Below are positions 1 through 8,130 of a stretch of DNA of 64,000 nucleotides, piece by piece (positions within the stretch are counted from its first letter, which is position 1; each line of letters begins with the position of its first letter). Source of the DNA: Gammaproteobacteria bacterium. Its GTDB lineage: Bacteria > Pseudomonadota > Gammaproteobacteria > Steroidobacterales > GCA-2729495. The position numbers and the translations under genes were made by a program. Under the pieces are notes generated by a model. The model did not search any database, was not told where the DNA came from, and saw only the letters and a program-made list of their open reading frames with translations. Where the stretch lies: positions 47,197-111,196 of the forward strand of contig JAQWPD010000101.1 in assembly GCA_029245525.1 (NCBI GenBank), written 5' to 3'.

Positions 1-1497
1 GAGTTTTTGGCCGTAATTCTTGAGGAACTGGGCATTCCACCTGTGAACAATCCGGAGAGTATTAAAGAGCTGCATTCCGCTCTCAATGTTTATCTGTTAG
101 AAAACCACAGCCGTGGTCGACGCACAGTATTGATTGTTGATGAGGCCCAGAATCTGGCCATCGATGTACTTGAACAAATCCGCCTGCTTACAAACTTGGA
201 AACTGCGCAAACCAAACTTCTACAAATCACGCTAATTGGCCAGCCTGAACTGCGTCAGGTGCTCTCACGCAACGACTTAAGACAGCTTTCGCAACGCATT
301 ACCGGGCGCTATCATCTGGAGCCGCTGAGCAAGAAAGATACCAGTGAGTATATTCAGCATCGAATCGCGGTTGCGGGCGGCAATGGTGCTATTTTTTCTC
401 CAGCAGCATGTCGCGAAGCCTTTAAACTGTCTCATGGTGTGCCGCGGATTATCAATGTAATTTGTGACCGGGCGCTACTGGCTGCTTATACGCAGGAAGA
501 GCTGATGGTTACGCCGGCACTTATGCGCCAAGCCGCACGCGAGATTTATGATAACGGGCAATACAATGAATCGGTGTGGCTGCGCTGGCAAAAACCCCTT
601 ATTGCGTCAGCCCTGGTTGCTGCCCTGATGCTCGGCGGTTGGCTCGGCTCGAGCCAAAGACCGGATCAAATTGCTGACCGATCAATGCCTATTGCAGAGC
701 CTCTCCCAACGGAAACATTAGCGCTAACTGGTGACGAACAACCTTCTGAGCCTGCGCCAGCACTTCAACAGGAAACCGAGCAAAGCGAGGCGCAAGAGGA
801 CCTGTGGGAATCATCAGAAGAACACGCTGAATCTATGGGTGATCCAGCTGAAGATAACAGCTCAAGCACAGTATCGCTGGACGACTTTCTGCTCAAGCAC
901 AAAGACTCAACAAGTACCGCCGGCGCATTTAGTACGCTGTTTAGTCTTTGGGGCGTAGACTATACAGCTGGGCCGGGTAACGCCTGTGACTTTGCCAAAG
1001 AGTACGACCTAAGCTGCACCTGGCAACAAGGGTCACTGGCCCAACTGCAAGCCCTCAATCGACCGGCCATTCTAACAATACGGGACAGCAAGGGTGGCAG
1101 CCATAGTGTGGCTATCGTAAAACTGAGCCCGACGATTGCAACACTGGAAGTCGATCAAGAGCAGCTGGATATTCCGCTTGCAGAATTAAGTGCTGGATGG
1201 TTCGGCAGCTCACTGTTGCTCTGGCAGTTACAAATTGATCCAAATAAATCCTTGGCTCCTGGCGAACGAAGCGCCGATGTTCCCTGGTTGCGTCAAAGCA
1301 TAATAAATGTTCGTGGTTGGAACCCGGGCGAAGTCACAGACCCAGACTACTACGACGCAGCGCTCGCTAATGAAGTAAAAGAATACCAACGCCAACGACG
1401 CCTGAGTGTTGACGGCGTAATTGGAGCGCAAACACAAATTGCTATCAACACCGACCTAAATCTGCCGAATACGCCAATGCTCGTGACAAGGAATTAA
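1..1497 (+). CDS. exeA: ExeA/GspA-like secretion ATPase with C-terminal peptidoglycan-binding domain (5' end cut by window edge)
   Basis: The frame is open from nt 1. It shows a Walker-B-like LIVDEAQNL, a TM segment LIASALVAALMLGGWL, an acidic linker and a C-terminal PG-binding motif LSVDGVIGAQTQIAIN. A gspB-like gene starts 3 nt downstream. Confidence 0.8.
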   Translation, partial: EFLAVILEELGIPPVNNPESIKELHSALNVYLLENHSRGRRTVLIVDEAQNLAIDVLEQIRLLTNLETAQTKLLQITLIGQPELRQVLSRNDLRQLSQRITGRYHLEPLSKKDTSEYIQHRIAVAGGNGAIFSPAACREAFKLSHGVPRIINVICDRALLAAYTQEELMVTPALMRQAAREIYDNGQYNESVWLRWQKPLIASALVAALMLGGWLGSSQRPDQIADRSMPIAEPLPTETLALTGDEQPSEPAPALQQETEQSEAQEDLWESSEEHAESMGDPAEDNSSSTVSLDDFLLKHKDSTSTAGAFSTLFSLWGVDYTAGPGNACDFAKEYDLSCTWQQGSLAQLQALNRPAILTIRDSKGGSHSVAIVKLSPTIATLEVDQEQLDIPLAELSAGWFGSSLLLWQLQIDPNKSLAPGERSADVPWLRQSIINVRGWNPGEVTDPDYYDAALANEVKEYQRQRRLSVDGVIGAQTQIAINTDLNLPNTPMLVTRN

Positions 1498-1500
1498 GCC

Positions 1501-2097
1501 GTGTCGATCATCCTTGACGCACTTCGAAAGTCAGAACACCAACGCCAGCGTAATGCCACTCCGGGAATTGCTGACCATGCGGTTAAGCCGGCCGGAACCA
1601 AACGCGGGCCATGGCTAACGACCATTTTCGTGCTGCTCACGCTTAATGGGGTGCTGCTCGCCGTACTGTGGCTGCGACAGGATGCGCAGCCACCCCCAGC
1701 AGGAGCGCCCCAACTGCGGCAGGCACCTGTTCGTGAAAGCACTCGACCGGCCGCCAACAACAGCGCCAATGCCGAGCGGCAGCGAGCACCCGTCCCGACT
1801 GCTAAGGCTGCAACGCCTGCACCGGTTCGCGCACCGAAAACCACACCGGCACCAGCCAGTAACGACCAACTTCCCTCGATGGAAAGCCTGCAACTGAAAG
1901 GCATTATTACACTGGCACCAATGCGCATCGATCTGCATGTCTACAGTGACGTTCCCGCAGAGCGGTTTGTCTTCGTCAACATGAAAAAACAGACTGAGGG
2001 TTCGCAGTTGCCCGAAGGCCCTACGGTCGAAACCATTACTCCGGAAGGTGTCACTCTGTTTTGGCAGGGGCAACGGTTTGTAATGTCGAAAAACTAG
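1501..2097 (+). CDS. exeB: GspB/ExeB-like general secretion pathway protein B
   Basis: GTG start. The N-terminus MSIILDALRKSEHQRQ is typical of GspB. It has one TM segment, a Pro/Ala-rich linker and a C-terminal beta domain. It is paired with exeA. Confidence 0.7.
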   Translation: MSIILDALRKSEHQRQRNATPGIADHAVKPAGTKRGPWLTTIFVLLTLNGVLLAVLWLRQDAQPPPAGAPQLRQAPVRESTRPAANNSANAERQRAPVPTAKAATPAPVRAPKTTPAPASNDQLPSMESLQLKGIITLAPMRIDLHVYSDVPAERFVFVNMKKQTEGSQLPEGPTVETITPEGVTLFWQGQRFVMSKN

Positions 2098-2180
2098 TTT
2101 GCTTTTCCGGCCGACTAATATGTCTTTGGCCAGGCGCCTTTCCCGCGTTTAAACGCGGGTGAAAATGGTTATGTAAGAGG

Positions 2181-2963
2181 TTAGTCGCGCAACCCGATAC
2201 CCCTGTGAATAAGGTAGTAACAGGTGAGCGCAAACAACACCAGAAATATCAGAATTACTGCAAAAGCCGAGCCAATGCTTATATCAGACACCCCAATGAT
2301 GCCGTAGCGGAAGCCGTTTACCATATACAAAATAGGGTTAAATTTGGAAAGTCCGGCCCAAAAATCAGGCAACAACGATGTTGTGTAAAACACCCCGCCC
2401 AAATAGGTCAAGGGGGCTAAAATAAAGGCCGGAATAATTGCGATGTCATCAAATTTTTTCGCGAAAATCGCATTAATCATTCCCGCCATAGAAAAGACCA
2501 TGGCTGTAAGAATAAGCACTGCGAACGCAATAAGCGGGTGCTTTACGTCAACGTCAGTGAAAAACAAAGTGACCACCGTAACAATAGCGCCTACAGCAAG
2601 ACCACGGACAACGCCACCCATCACATGCCCTAGAATAATCACCCAGCCACTCAGCGGGGATACCAGCATTTCCTGAAGATAACCTTGAAACTTTGCGCCA
2701 AAAAATGAAGACACTACGTTGCCGTATGAACTTGTAATGACAGACATCATAATCAAACCTGGCGCCATAAACTGCATGTAGTCAAAGCCGCCCATATCAC
2801 CAATTCGTCGTCCGATAAGGTTACCGAAAATCACGAAATACAGCGACATCGTGATTGCGGGGGGCACTATGGTCTGTACCCAGATTCGCGCAACACGTGA
2901 AACCTCTTTGCGAACAATGGTGTAGAAGCCAACCAACTGAATTTTTAATGGGACACCTGACAT
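2181..2963 (-). CDS. yadH: ABC-2 type transporter permease (YadH-like)
   Basis: Strong resemblance along the whole length to E. coli YadH, for example RIWVQTIVPPAITMSLYFVIFGNLIGRRIGDM and FNPILYMVNGFRYG. It overlaps the stop of the upstream ATPase gene by 1 nt. Confidence 0.9.
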   Translation of the reverse strand: MSGVPLKIQLVGFYTIVRKEVSRVARIWVQTIVPPAITMSLYFVIFGNLIGRRIGDMGGFDYMQFMAPGLIMMSVITSSYGNVVSSFFGAKFQGYLQEMLVSPLSGWVIILGHVMGGVVRGLAVGAIVTVVTLFFTDVDVKHPLIAFAVLILTAMVFSMAGMINAIFAKKFDDIAIIPAFILAPLTYLGGVFYTTSLLPDFWAGLSKFNPILYMVNGFRYGIIGVSDISIGSAFAVILIFLVLFALTCYYLIHRGIGLRD

Positions 2964-3901
2964 TAATGGTCACTCCCGTCAGTGGACACATCTTTGCGCT
3001 GCGTCAGCCGTATGAACAGCTCTTCAAGCCGGTTGGTTTTATTGCGCAGGCTTGAAACAATAATGTTGCGCTCGTTTAACAAACTGAAGAGGTCATTAAT
3101 GCTTTGCCCTTTGCCAACTTGTACTTCAAGCTCCGATTCGCTTACCAAACGAACTTTAAAACCGGCCAAAACCGGTGCAGCATCGACCGTATTTTCTAAA
3201 TTAAGAACGAAAACTTCCTGATGCAGTTTGCGCAGGATTGCTGACATCCTGTCATTTTCAACAATTTTCCCATCGTCGATAATCGCAATGTTGCGACACA
3301 GAGTTTCTGCTTCTTCAAGGTAATGGGTCGTCAGAATAATTGTCGTGCCCTGCTCATTAATTTCTTTCAGAAAGCCCCACATTGAACGACGAATTTCAAT
3401 ATCGACACCCGCTGTAGGTTCATCAAGAATCAATAGTTTTGGCGAGTGAACGAGCGCGCGGGCAATCATTAACCGCCGCTTCATTCCCCCGGAAAGACCA
3501 CGCGCCTGATCATCGCGACGATCCCATAGCTGAAGCTGACGTAACATCGCCTCCGTGTGGGCCGCCGCTTGAGAACGCGGTATGCCGTAGTAGCCCGCCT
3601 GATTCATCACGATGTCATAGCAGCTCTCGTAGAGATTCATATTGATCTCCTGCGGTACAACACCAATGCATGCTTTCGCCGCATAAATATCATTATCGAG
3701 GCTGTGACCAAATACACGAATATCGCCGTGTGTTTTATTGACCAACGAAGTGATGATACCGATGGTGGTAGTTTTACCAGCACCATTGGGCCCCAGCAGC
3801 GCAAAGAAGTCGCCCTCTTCAACTTCCAGGTCAATACCGCGCAAAGCCTGAATTCCGTTGGGGTAAGTTTTAGTAAGGCTATTTATCGCTAATGCTTTCA
3901 T
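2963..3901 (-). CDS. yadG: ABC transporter ATP-binding protein (YadG-like)
   Basis: Walker A GPNGAGKTT, signature LSGGMKRRL and Walker B LLILDEPT. I chose the start at MKALAINSL (ATG 3901) rather than the longer ORF start at 3937. Confidence 0.9.
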   Translation of the reverse strand: MKALAINSLTKTYPNGIQALRGIDLEVEEGDFFALLGPNGAGKTTTIGIITSLVNKTHGDIRVFGHSLDNDIYAAKACIGVVPQEINMNLYESCYDIVMNQAGYYGIPRSQAAAHTEAMLRQLQLWDRRDDQARGLSGGMKRRLMIARALVHSPKLLILDEPTAGVDIEIRRSMWGFLKEINEQGTTIILTTHYLEEAETLCRNIAIIDDGKIVENDRMSAILRKLHQEVFVLNLENTVDAAPVLAGFKVRLVSESELEVQVGKGQSINDLFSLLNERNIIVSSLRNKTNRLEELFIRLTQRKDVSTDGSDH

Positions 3902-4007
3902 GCCGCACATTGTGAAGACCTTGGCGTCACAAACCAAGAGGGGCTGATTAATAAGGCAGTAGCACGGTCACCATAAGGGCTATCAGGCGAGCCATCTAAA
4001 ACAGCGC

Positions 4008-4619
4008 TCAGGCGAGAGTTCGCGCAACCAAGAGGGGCAGTGCAGCCAGCCTGGCCACGGCAGTGGTCTCACTATCTGGGGAGTTCGCGACACGCACTAA
4101 ATCCGGCCAGAAGCGCGGATCGGTAGTAAAGCGCGCTAGCAATTTGCGTGGGGCCTGTTCGACAAGGTGACGAATTTCAATAAAGCTCATTGCCGCAAGT
4201 GAAGCGATTGATTCCGGCCGCAAGCCTAAGAACAATCTTGCCGCTGCGGTGTCACGACGGACCACTGACCAAATGTACGTTAGGAGCCCTGCTGCGAATA
4301 CCTTAACGTCGCTCTGCCAAGCCGGAGATGCCTCTTCGGATATGGCTGCATTTTGCTGGCGCATCCTGTCGTGGCAGCTCACCGGGGAATCTGCGCGCGA
4401 AGATAACAGAGGCGCCAATTCGACCAGCAGGCATGGAACCTCATCAAGGCTGCCATAAACCGGAAAATCGGGATGCCGCAGTGCTTGCAACGATTGCTGC
4501 GGCATGCCGAACAGGTCTTTGGTGTCTGGGGCATCCGGGTCCAGCATCAGCCTAATGAATTCTCGATTGAACTCCGCAATTTCAGGGTACACATCTAAAT
4601 CAGTGAGTTTAGCTCGCAT
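4008..4619 (-). CDS. Hypothetical protein with two FlhD-like repeats (weak similarity, from memory)
   Basis: A GGAG lies 8 nt before the ATG. The segments DTKDLFGMPQQSLQALRHPDF...LLVEL and DTAAARLFLGLRPESIASLAAMSFIEIRHLVEQAPRKLLARF both resemble the FlhD core [42 protein letters not shown]. The gene is divergent from an FlhC-family gene. Confidence 0.45.
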   Translation of the reverse strand: MRAKLTDLDVYPEIAEFNREFIRLMLDPDAPDTKDLFGMPQQSLQALRHPDFPVYGSLDEVPCLLVELAPLLSSRADSPVSCHDRMRQQNAAISEEASPAWQSDVKVFAAGLLTYIWSVVRRDTAAARLFLGLRPESIASLAAMSFIEIRHLVEQAPRKLLARFTTDPRFWPDLVRVANSPDSETTAVARLAALPLLVARTLA

Positions 4620-4680
4620 TTTAGGCGCTCCAGTGCCAAAACAGGTGATTACTATATATTGACTTTTTAAACTCTATTAG

Positions 4681-4726
4681 AGGTATATTACCGTATATGG
4701 TCGAAAAACCACATATAAGGTATATT
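4681..4726. promoter_or_regulatory. Direct repeat AGGTATATT (4681-4689 and 4718-4726) flanking CCGTATATGG / CACATATAAGG in the divergent intergenic region
   Basis: Read directly in the AT-rich 174-bp spacer between the FlhD-like and FlhC-like genes. This is a candidate operator. No consensus for it is known to me. Confidence 0.3.
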
Positions 4727-4793
4727 GAGGTGTATCGGGCAGATTTAAAAAGAGGGCGCAGCAATAATAACTACAACATTACGAGGGATAACC

Positions 4794-5360
4794 ATGCGTA
4801 TCACCGACCAGCGCTACAACGGCGAAATTGAACGTTTTAACCTCGCGGTCCGTATGATTGGACACGAGGCTCGTACCGGCACTATTCGAAAATGCACAGG
4901 CTTTACCGAGGATAGAATCCGCAAAATTTACGGCAGTTATTTCAAATCTAATACAGATAATGTCGTCAAGCGTCGGCGTGGTAAGTCTCCCACACAAATC
5001 AATATGTTTATTAACACCAATAATCACCAGTTCGAATCGACGGTACTGGCGTGTTTGTTTGTCATGTGCGGGGTCATAGCATTCGATACGAAAGGGATAC
5101 CGGCAGCCGCTTGCGGGATTGATAAAGTTGGGGTTGGACAACGTCTTTGCGAGGCTTTCGAACGTTATCGCCAATTGCACCCAAACCCTCATTTCTCATT
5201 TGAAAAAGCATGGGGACTATTTAATGCGTTGACCCAAGCAAATGAACTGATCTTGTCTAATTGTGAAAGCTGCAACGGCAAGTACATTCACGACAGATAT
5301 GCGCTCAACTATCACTTCTGCGCCAGCTGCGAATTGCTCGATGCGGCTGTCCGGATGTAA
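4794..5360 (+). CDS. FlhC-family transcriptional activator-like protein (4-Cys zinc site)
   Basis: GAGGGA lies 5 nt before the ATG. The protein is about the size of FlhC. The C-terminal FSFEKAWGLFNALTQANELILSNCESCNGKYIHDRYALNYHFCASC matches the FlhC pattern [31 protein letters not shown]...FACSLC. Confidence 0.6.
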   Translation: MRITDQRYNGEIERFNLAVRMIGHEARTGTIRKCTGFTEDRIRKIYGSYFKSNTDNVVKRRRGKSPTQINMFINTNNHQFESTVLACLFVMCGVIAFDTKGIPAAACGIDKVGVGQRLCEAFERYRQLHPNPHFSFEKAWGLFNALTQANELILSNCESCNGKYIHDRYALNYHFCASCELLDAAVRM

Positions 5361-5392
5361 AGTGACCACTCCTTTACGCAGTGGCAGGATCA

Positions 5393-6340
5393 ATGGATCT
5401 TATTCAAACCTATTTCTCGGGCGGGACGATCGATCGGAGAAGCGCTGTGCGCAAAGATCCGCAATTACTGCAGAAATTATTAGAGCAGCCACGCACCTGC
5501 CTGCTGCCGATATCGGAGGGGCAGATGCTTGTTCGCGATGGAAAGCCCGCGTTGCTTGGGCTTTCAGAGATCGCTACCGCGACGCATCATCGCGTTCCTA
5601 CTCTCCAGCAACTGGTGTACCTGGGCCGGATTTCCGACCAGGACCTTTTCGCATTTAACACCCGCTCAAGCACAGACTTCAGTGCTCCGCAAAACTGTAT
5701 GTTCCTTAGCGGCCGTGAGCTGATGGGCAGCGTAGACAGCGAGTCAGCATCGCTATTGGCCTATGCCCGCGGCATCATCAACTGGCATGATAACCATCAG
5801 TTCTGCGGCCATTGTGGCGCTCCCAATAGTAGCACTGAGGGCGGCTTCGTTATGAAGTGCTCGTCATGCGGTCAACGCAGCTTTCCGCGACTCGATCCGG
5901 CAATCATCGTATTGGTCGCTCACGATGACCGCTGTCTGCTCGGACGCCAAGCATCATGGCCGGAGCAAAGGTTTTCAACCATAGCGGGATTTGCTGAGCC
6001 GGGTGAAAACCTCGAAGATGCAGTGAGGCGTGAGGTGCTTGAAGAGACAAACGTGAGTGTGGGCCGCTGCAACTATCTTGCCTCGCAACCCTGGCCCTTC
6101 CCCTCGGCACTGATGATTGGATTCCATGCGCAGGGTTTGTCCACCCACATCAAACTCAACGATGCTGAGCTCATCGAGGCCGGCTGGTTTAGCCGGGAAG
6201 ACCTTCGGAGCAGCAAAATTGTTCTGCCGCCGCAGCAATCGATCGCCTTTGAGCTAATAGCGGCCTGGCATGACCTGCGGAGCGATATCCGCCTCGGCGA
6301 GATCGCCGCATCGGTAGAATTCAACGCTCCTGGTGCATAA
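5393..6340 (+). CDS. nudC: NAD+ diphosphatase / NADH pyrophosphatase NudC
   Basis: Zinc ribbon CGHCG...CSSCG, then PRLDPAIIVL, the Nudix box GFAEPGENLEDAVRREVLEETN and SQPWPFP. A GTG at 5381 is an alternative start. Confidence 0.9.
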   Translation: MDLIQTYFSGGTIDRRSAVRKDPQLLQKLLEQPRTCLLPISEGQMLVRDGKPALLGLSEIATATHHRVPTLQQLVYLGRISDQDLFAFNTRSSTDFSAPQNCMFLSGRELMGSVDSESASLLAYARGIINWHDNHQFCGHCGAPNSSTEGGFVMKCSSCGQRSFPRLDPAIIVLVAHDDRCLLGRQASWPEQRFSTIAGFAEPGENLEDAVRREVLEETNVSVGRCNYLASQPWPFPSALMIGFHAQGLSTHIKLNDAELIEAGWFSREDLRSSKIVLPPQQSIAFELIAAWHDLRSDIRLGEIAASVEFNAPGA

Positions 6341-6364
6341 GCCTCGAATTGACAGCACAGGCGG

Positions 6365-6394
6365 CTTGACAAAAAGGCGATTCATCAATAATAT
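6365..6394 (+). promoter_or_regulatory. Putative sigma70 promoter of the argR operon (TTGACA-N18-TAATAT)
   Basis: TTGACA at 6365-6370 and TAATAT at 6389-6394. The -10 element lies inside the left arm of the inverted repeat. Confidence 0.45.
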
Positions 6395-6435
6395 GCGCAT
6401 GTGTTTTTATTTATGCGCATATTATTGATGAATCG
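6378..6435. promoter_or_regulatory. 23-bp perfect inverted repeat (CGATTCATCAATAATATGCGCAT / ATGCGCATATTATTGATGAATCG) with a 12-nt spacer; candidate ArgR operator
   Basis: The arms at 6378-6400 and 6413-6435 are exact reverse complements. The repeat ends 2 nt before the argR ATG. The outer ends carry ATTCA/TGAAT as ARG boxes do. Confidence 0.5.
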
Positions 6436-6437
6436 TT

Positions 6438-6893
6438 ATGCCTGCAACAATTGACTTACGCGAAAAACGACGTCAGGCGATACTGAATATTATTTCGCGG
6501 GAAGCCGTCGCGCGACAATCGGTGCTCGTGGAAAAGCTTCAGGCACAGGGGTTTCAGGCTACCCAGTCAAGTGTGAGTCGTGATCTGCGCGAGATGAACA
6601 TCACCAAAAACGGGCAGAATTATGCGCCACCGCAGAATGCCAACGAGGTATCGCAAGGGCTGATGGATATGCCGGAGGGCTTTGTCCGGCAATTCGAGAC
6701 GGCTGGAGCCAATATCACCGTCATCAAAACGGCAGTGGGAGCGGCGCAACGGGTGGCCGTTTTTCTGGATCGCAGCGAATGGCCTGAGATTGTTGGCACT
6801 ATTTCAGGCGATGACACTATTTTTATTGCCACGCGTGATGCGCGCGAGCAAAAAGCTCTGCTCATCAAATTGCAAAGCAGTTTGACGATTTAA
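6438..6893 (+). CDS. argR: Arginine repressor ArgR (E. coli type)
   Basis: 151 aa. N-terminal winged helix with GFQATQSSVSRDLREM. C-terminal oligomerisation and arginine-binding motif GTISGDDTIFI. First gene of the arg cluster. Confidence 0.9.
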   Translation: MPATIDLREKRRQAILNIISREAVARQSVLVEKLQAQGFQATQSSVSRDLREMNITKNGQNYAPPQNANEVSQGLMDMPEGFVRQFETAGANITVIKTAVGAAQRVAVFLDRSEWPEIVGTISGDDTIFIATRDAREQKALLIKLQSSLTI

Positions 6894-6912
6894 CCATCAG
6901 GAATTACGACGC

Positions 6913-8130
6913 ATGACTACAACAAATAATTCATCACCTATCCTTCTGGCTTATTCAGGCGGGCTGGATACTTCGTTCTGTGTACCTTGGCTGAAAGAGA
7001 CCTATGGTCGCCCAGTGATTACCGCCTGCGTGAACACTGGGGGCTTAAACGCAACGGCTGCAAAGAGTCTTGAAGACCGGGCAATGGCCCTCGGAGCAAC
7101 GGAGCATGTGCTTATTGAAGCCCGTGACATTTTCTTTAATCGGGTTTTAAAACACCTTATTGCGGGCAATGTCCGCCGTGGTCAGTTGTACCCGATGTGC
7201 GTGGGCGCCGAACGTGGTATTCAGGCAACGTTGCTGGCCGAGCTTGCTAAAAAGCGAGGGACAGCAACCGTTGCACATGGCTGCACAGCTGCAGGTAATG
7301 ACCAGGTTCGCTTTGAAGTTGCACTAAAAACCATCAACCCTGGCTTGGAAATTATTGCGCCGGTGCGTGACCAATCCTTCATCCGCGAAGAGCAGGTTGC
7401 TTACCTGCAAGCCGGCAACTACCCAATGCCGCCATCTGGCGCAAAGTACTCCATTAACCGGGGCTTATGGGGCGTTAGTATTGGCGGCAAAGAGACGCTG
7501 ACATCGGCAGACACTATTCCTGAAGAGGCGTGGGTGCTCTCCTCCAGCGCGCTTGACCAGCCAAAGGCTCCACAGGAGCTTGTTATCGGCTTTGAGAAAG
7601 GAGTGCCTGCAACAATCAATGGGGAAGAGCTTGCTCCGGTCAACCTGATAGAGAAGCTGGAAGCTATTGCGGGTGCTTATGGCATTGGCCGTGGCATTCA
7701 CCTCGGTGACACTGTGCTCGGCACCAAAGGCCGGGTAGCTTTCGAGGCTCCTGCGGCAGAGGTATTGCTCACAGCGCATCGTGAACTTGAAAAGCTGGTA
7801 CTCAGTTCTTTGCAGATGAGCATTAAAGAAGGTGTCTCGCTCAACTATGGCAACTTCGTGCATGAAGGTAAGCAGCTTGATCCGGTATGCCGCGACATCG
7901 AGGCGTTGCTGGAGTCTTCTCAACAACGGGTCACCGGCAGCGTAAAATTAAAACTGCGCCCCGGCAACTTATTCGTTGAGGGTGTTGAGTCAGAGTACTC
8001 TCTAATGGCGGCAACCAAAGGAGTGTATGGCGAGGCTGCTGGCGAATGGACTCCGCGCGATGCGCTCGGCTACTCAACCGTATTATCACTTTCCGGAATG
8101 CTACAAACCCGGGCAGGACAACAAAAATGA
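6913..8130 (+). CDS. argG: Argininosuccinate synthase
   Basis: N-terminal AYSGGLDTS ATP pyrophosphatase motif, HGCTAAGNDQVRFE, length 405 aa. Confidence 0.95.
   Translation: MTTTNNSSPILLAYSGGLDTSFCVPWLKETYGRPVITACVNTGGLNATAAKSLEDRAMALGATEHVLIEARDIFFNRVLKHLIAGNVRRGQLYPMCVGAERGIQATLLAELAKKRGTATVAHGCTAAGNDQVRFEVALKTINPGLEIIAPVRDQSFIREEQVAYLQAGNYPMPPSGAKYSINRGLWGVSIGGKETLTSADTIPEEAWVLSSSALDQPKAPQELVIGFEKGVPATINGEELAPVNLIEKLEAIAGAYGIGRGIHLGDTVLGTKGRVAFEAPAAEVLLTAHRELEKLVLSSLQMSIKEGVSLNYGNFVHEGKQLDPVCRDIEALLESSQQRVTGSVKLKLRPGNLFVEGVESEYSLMAATKGVYGEAAGEWTPRDALGYSTVLSLSGMLQTRAGQQK

Noticed and set aside
1494-2073. Two long minus-strand ORFs (144 and 152 aa) and a plus-strand 83-aa ORF inside gspB
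   Set aside because: They lie antisense to, or out of frame with, the Pro/Ala-rich GC-rich linker of GspB. Their composition is Arg/Cys/Gly-rich and nonsensical, which is typical of shadow ORFs.
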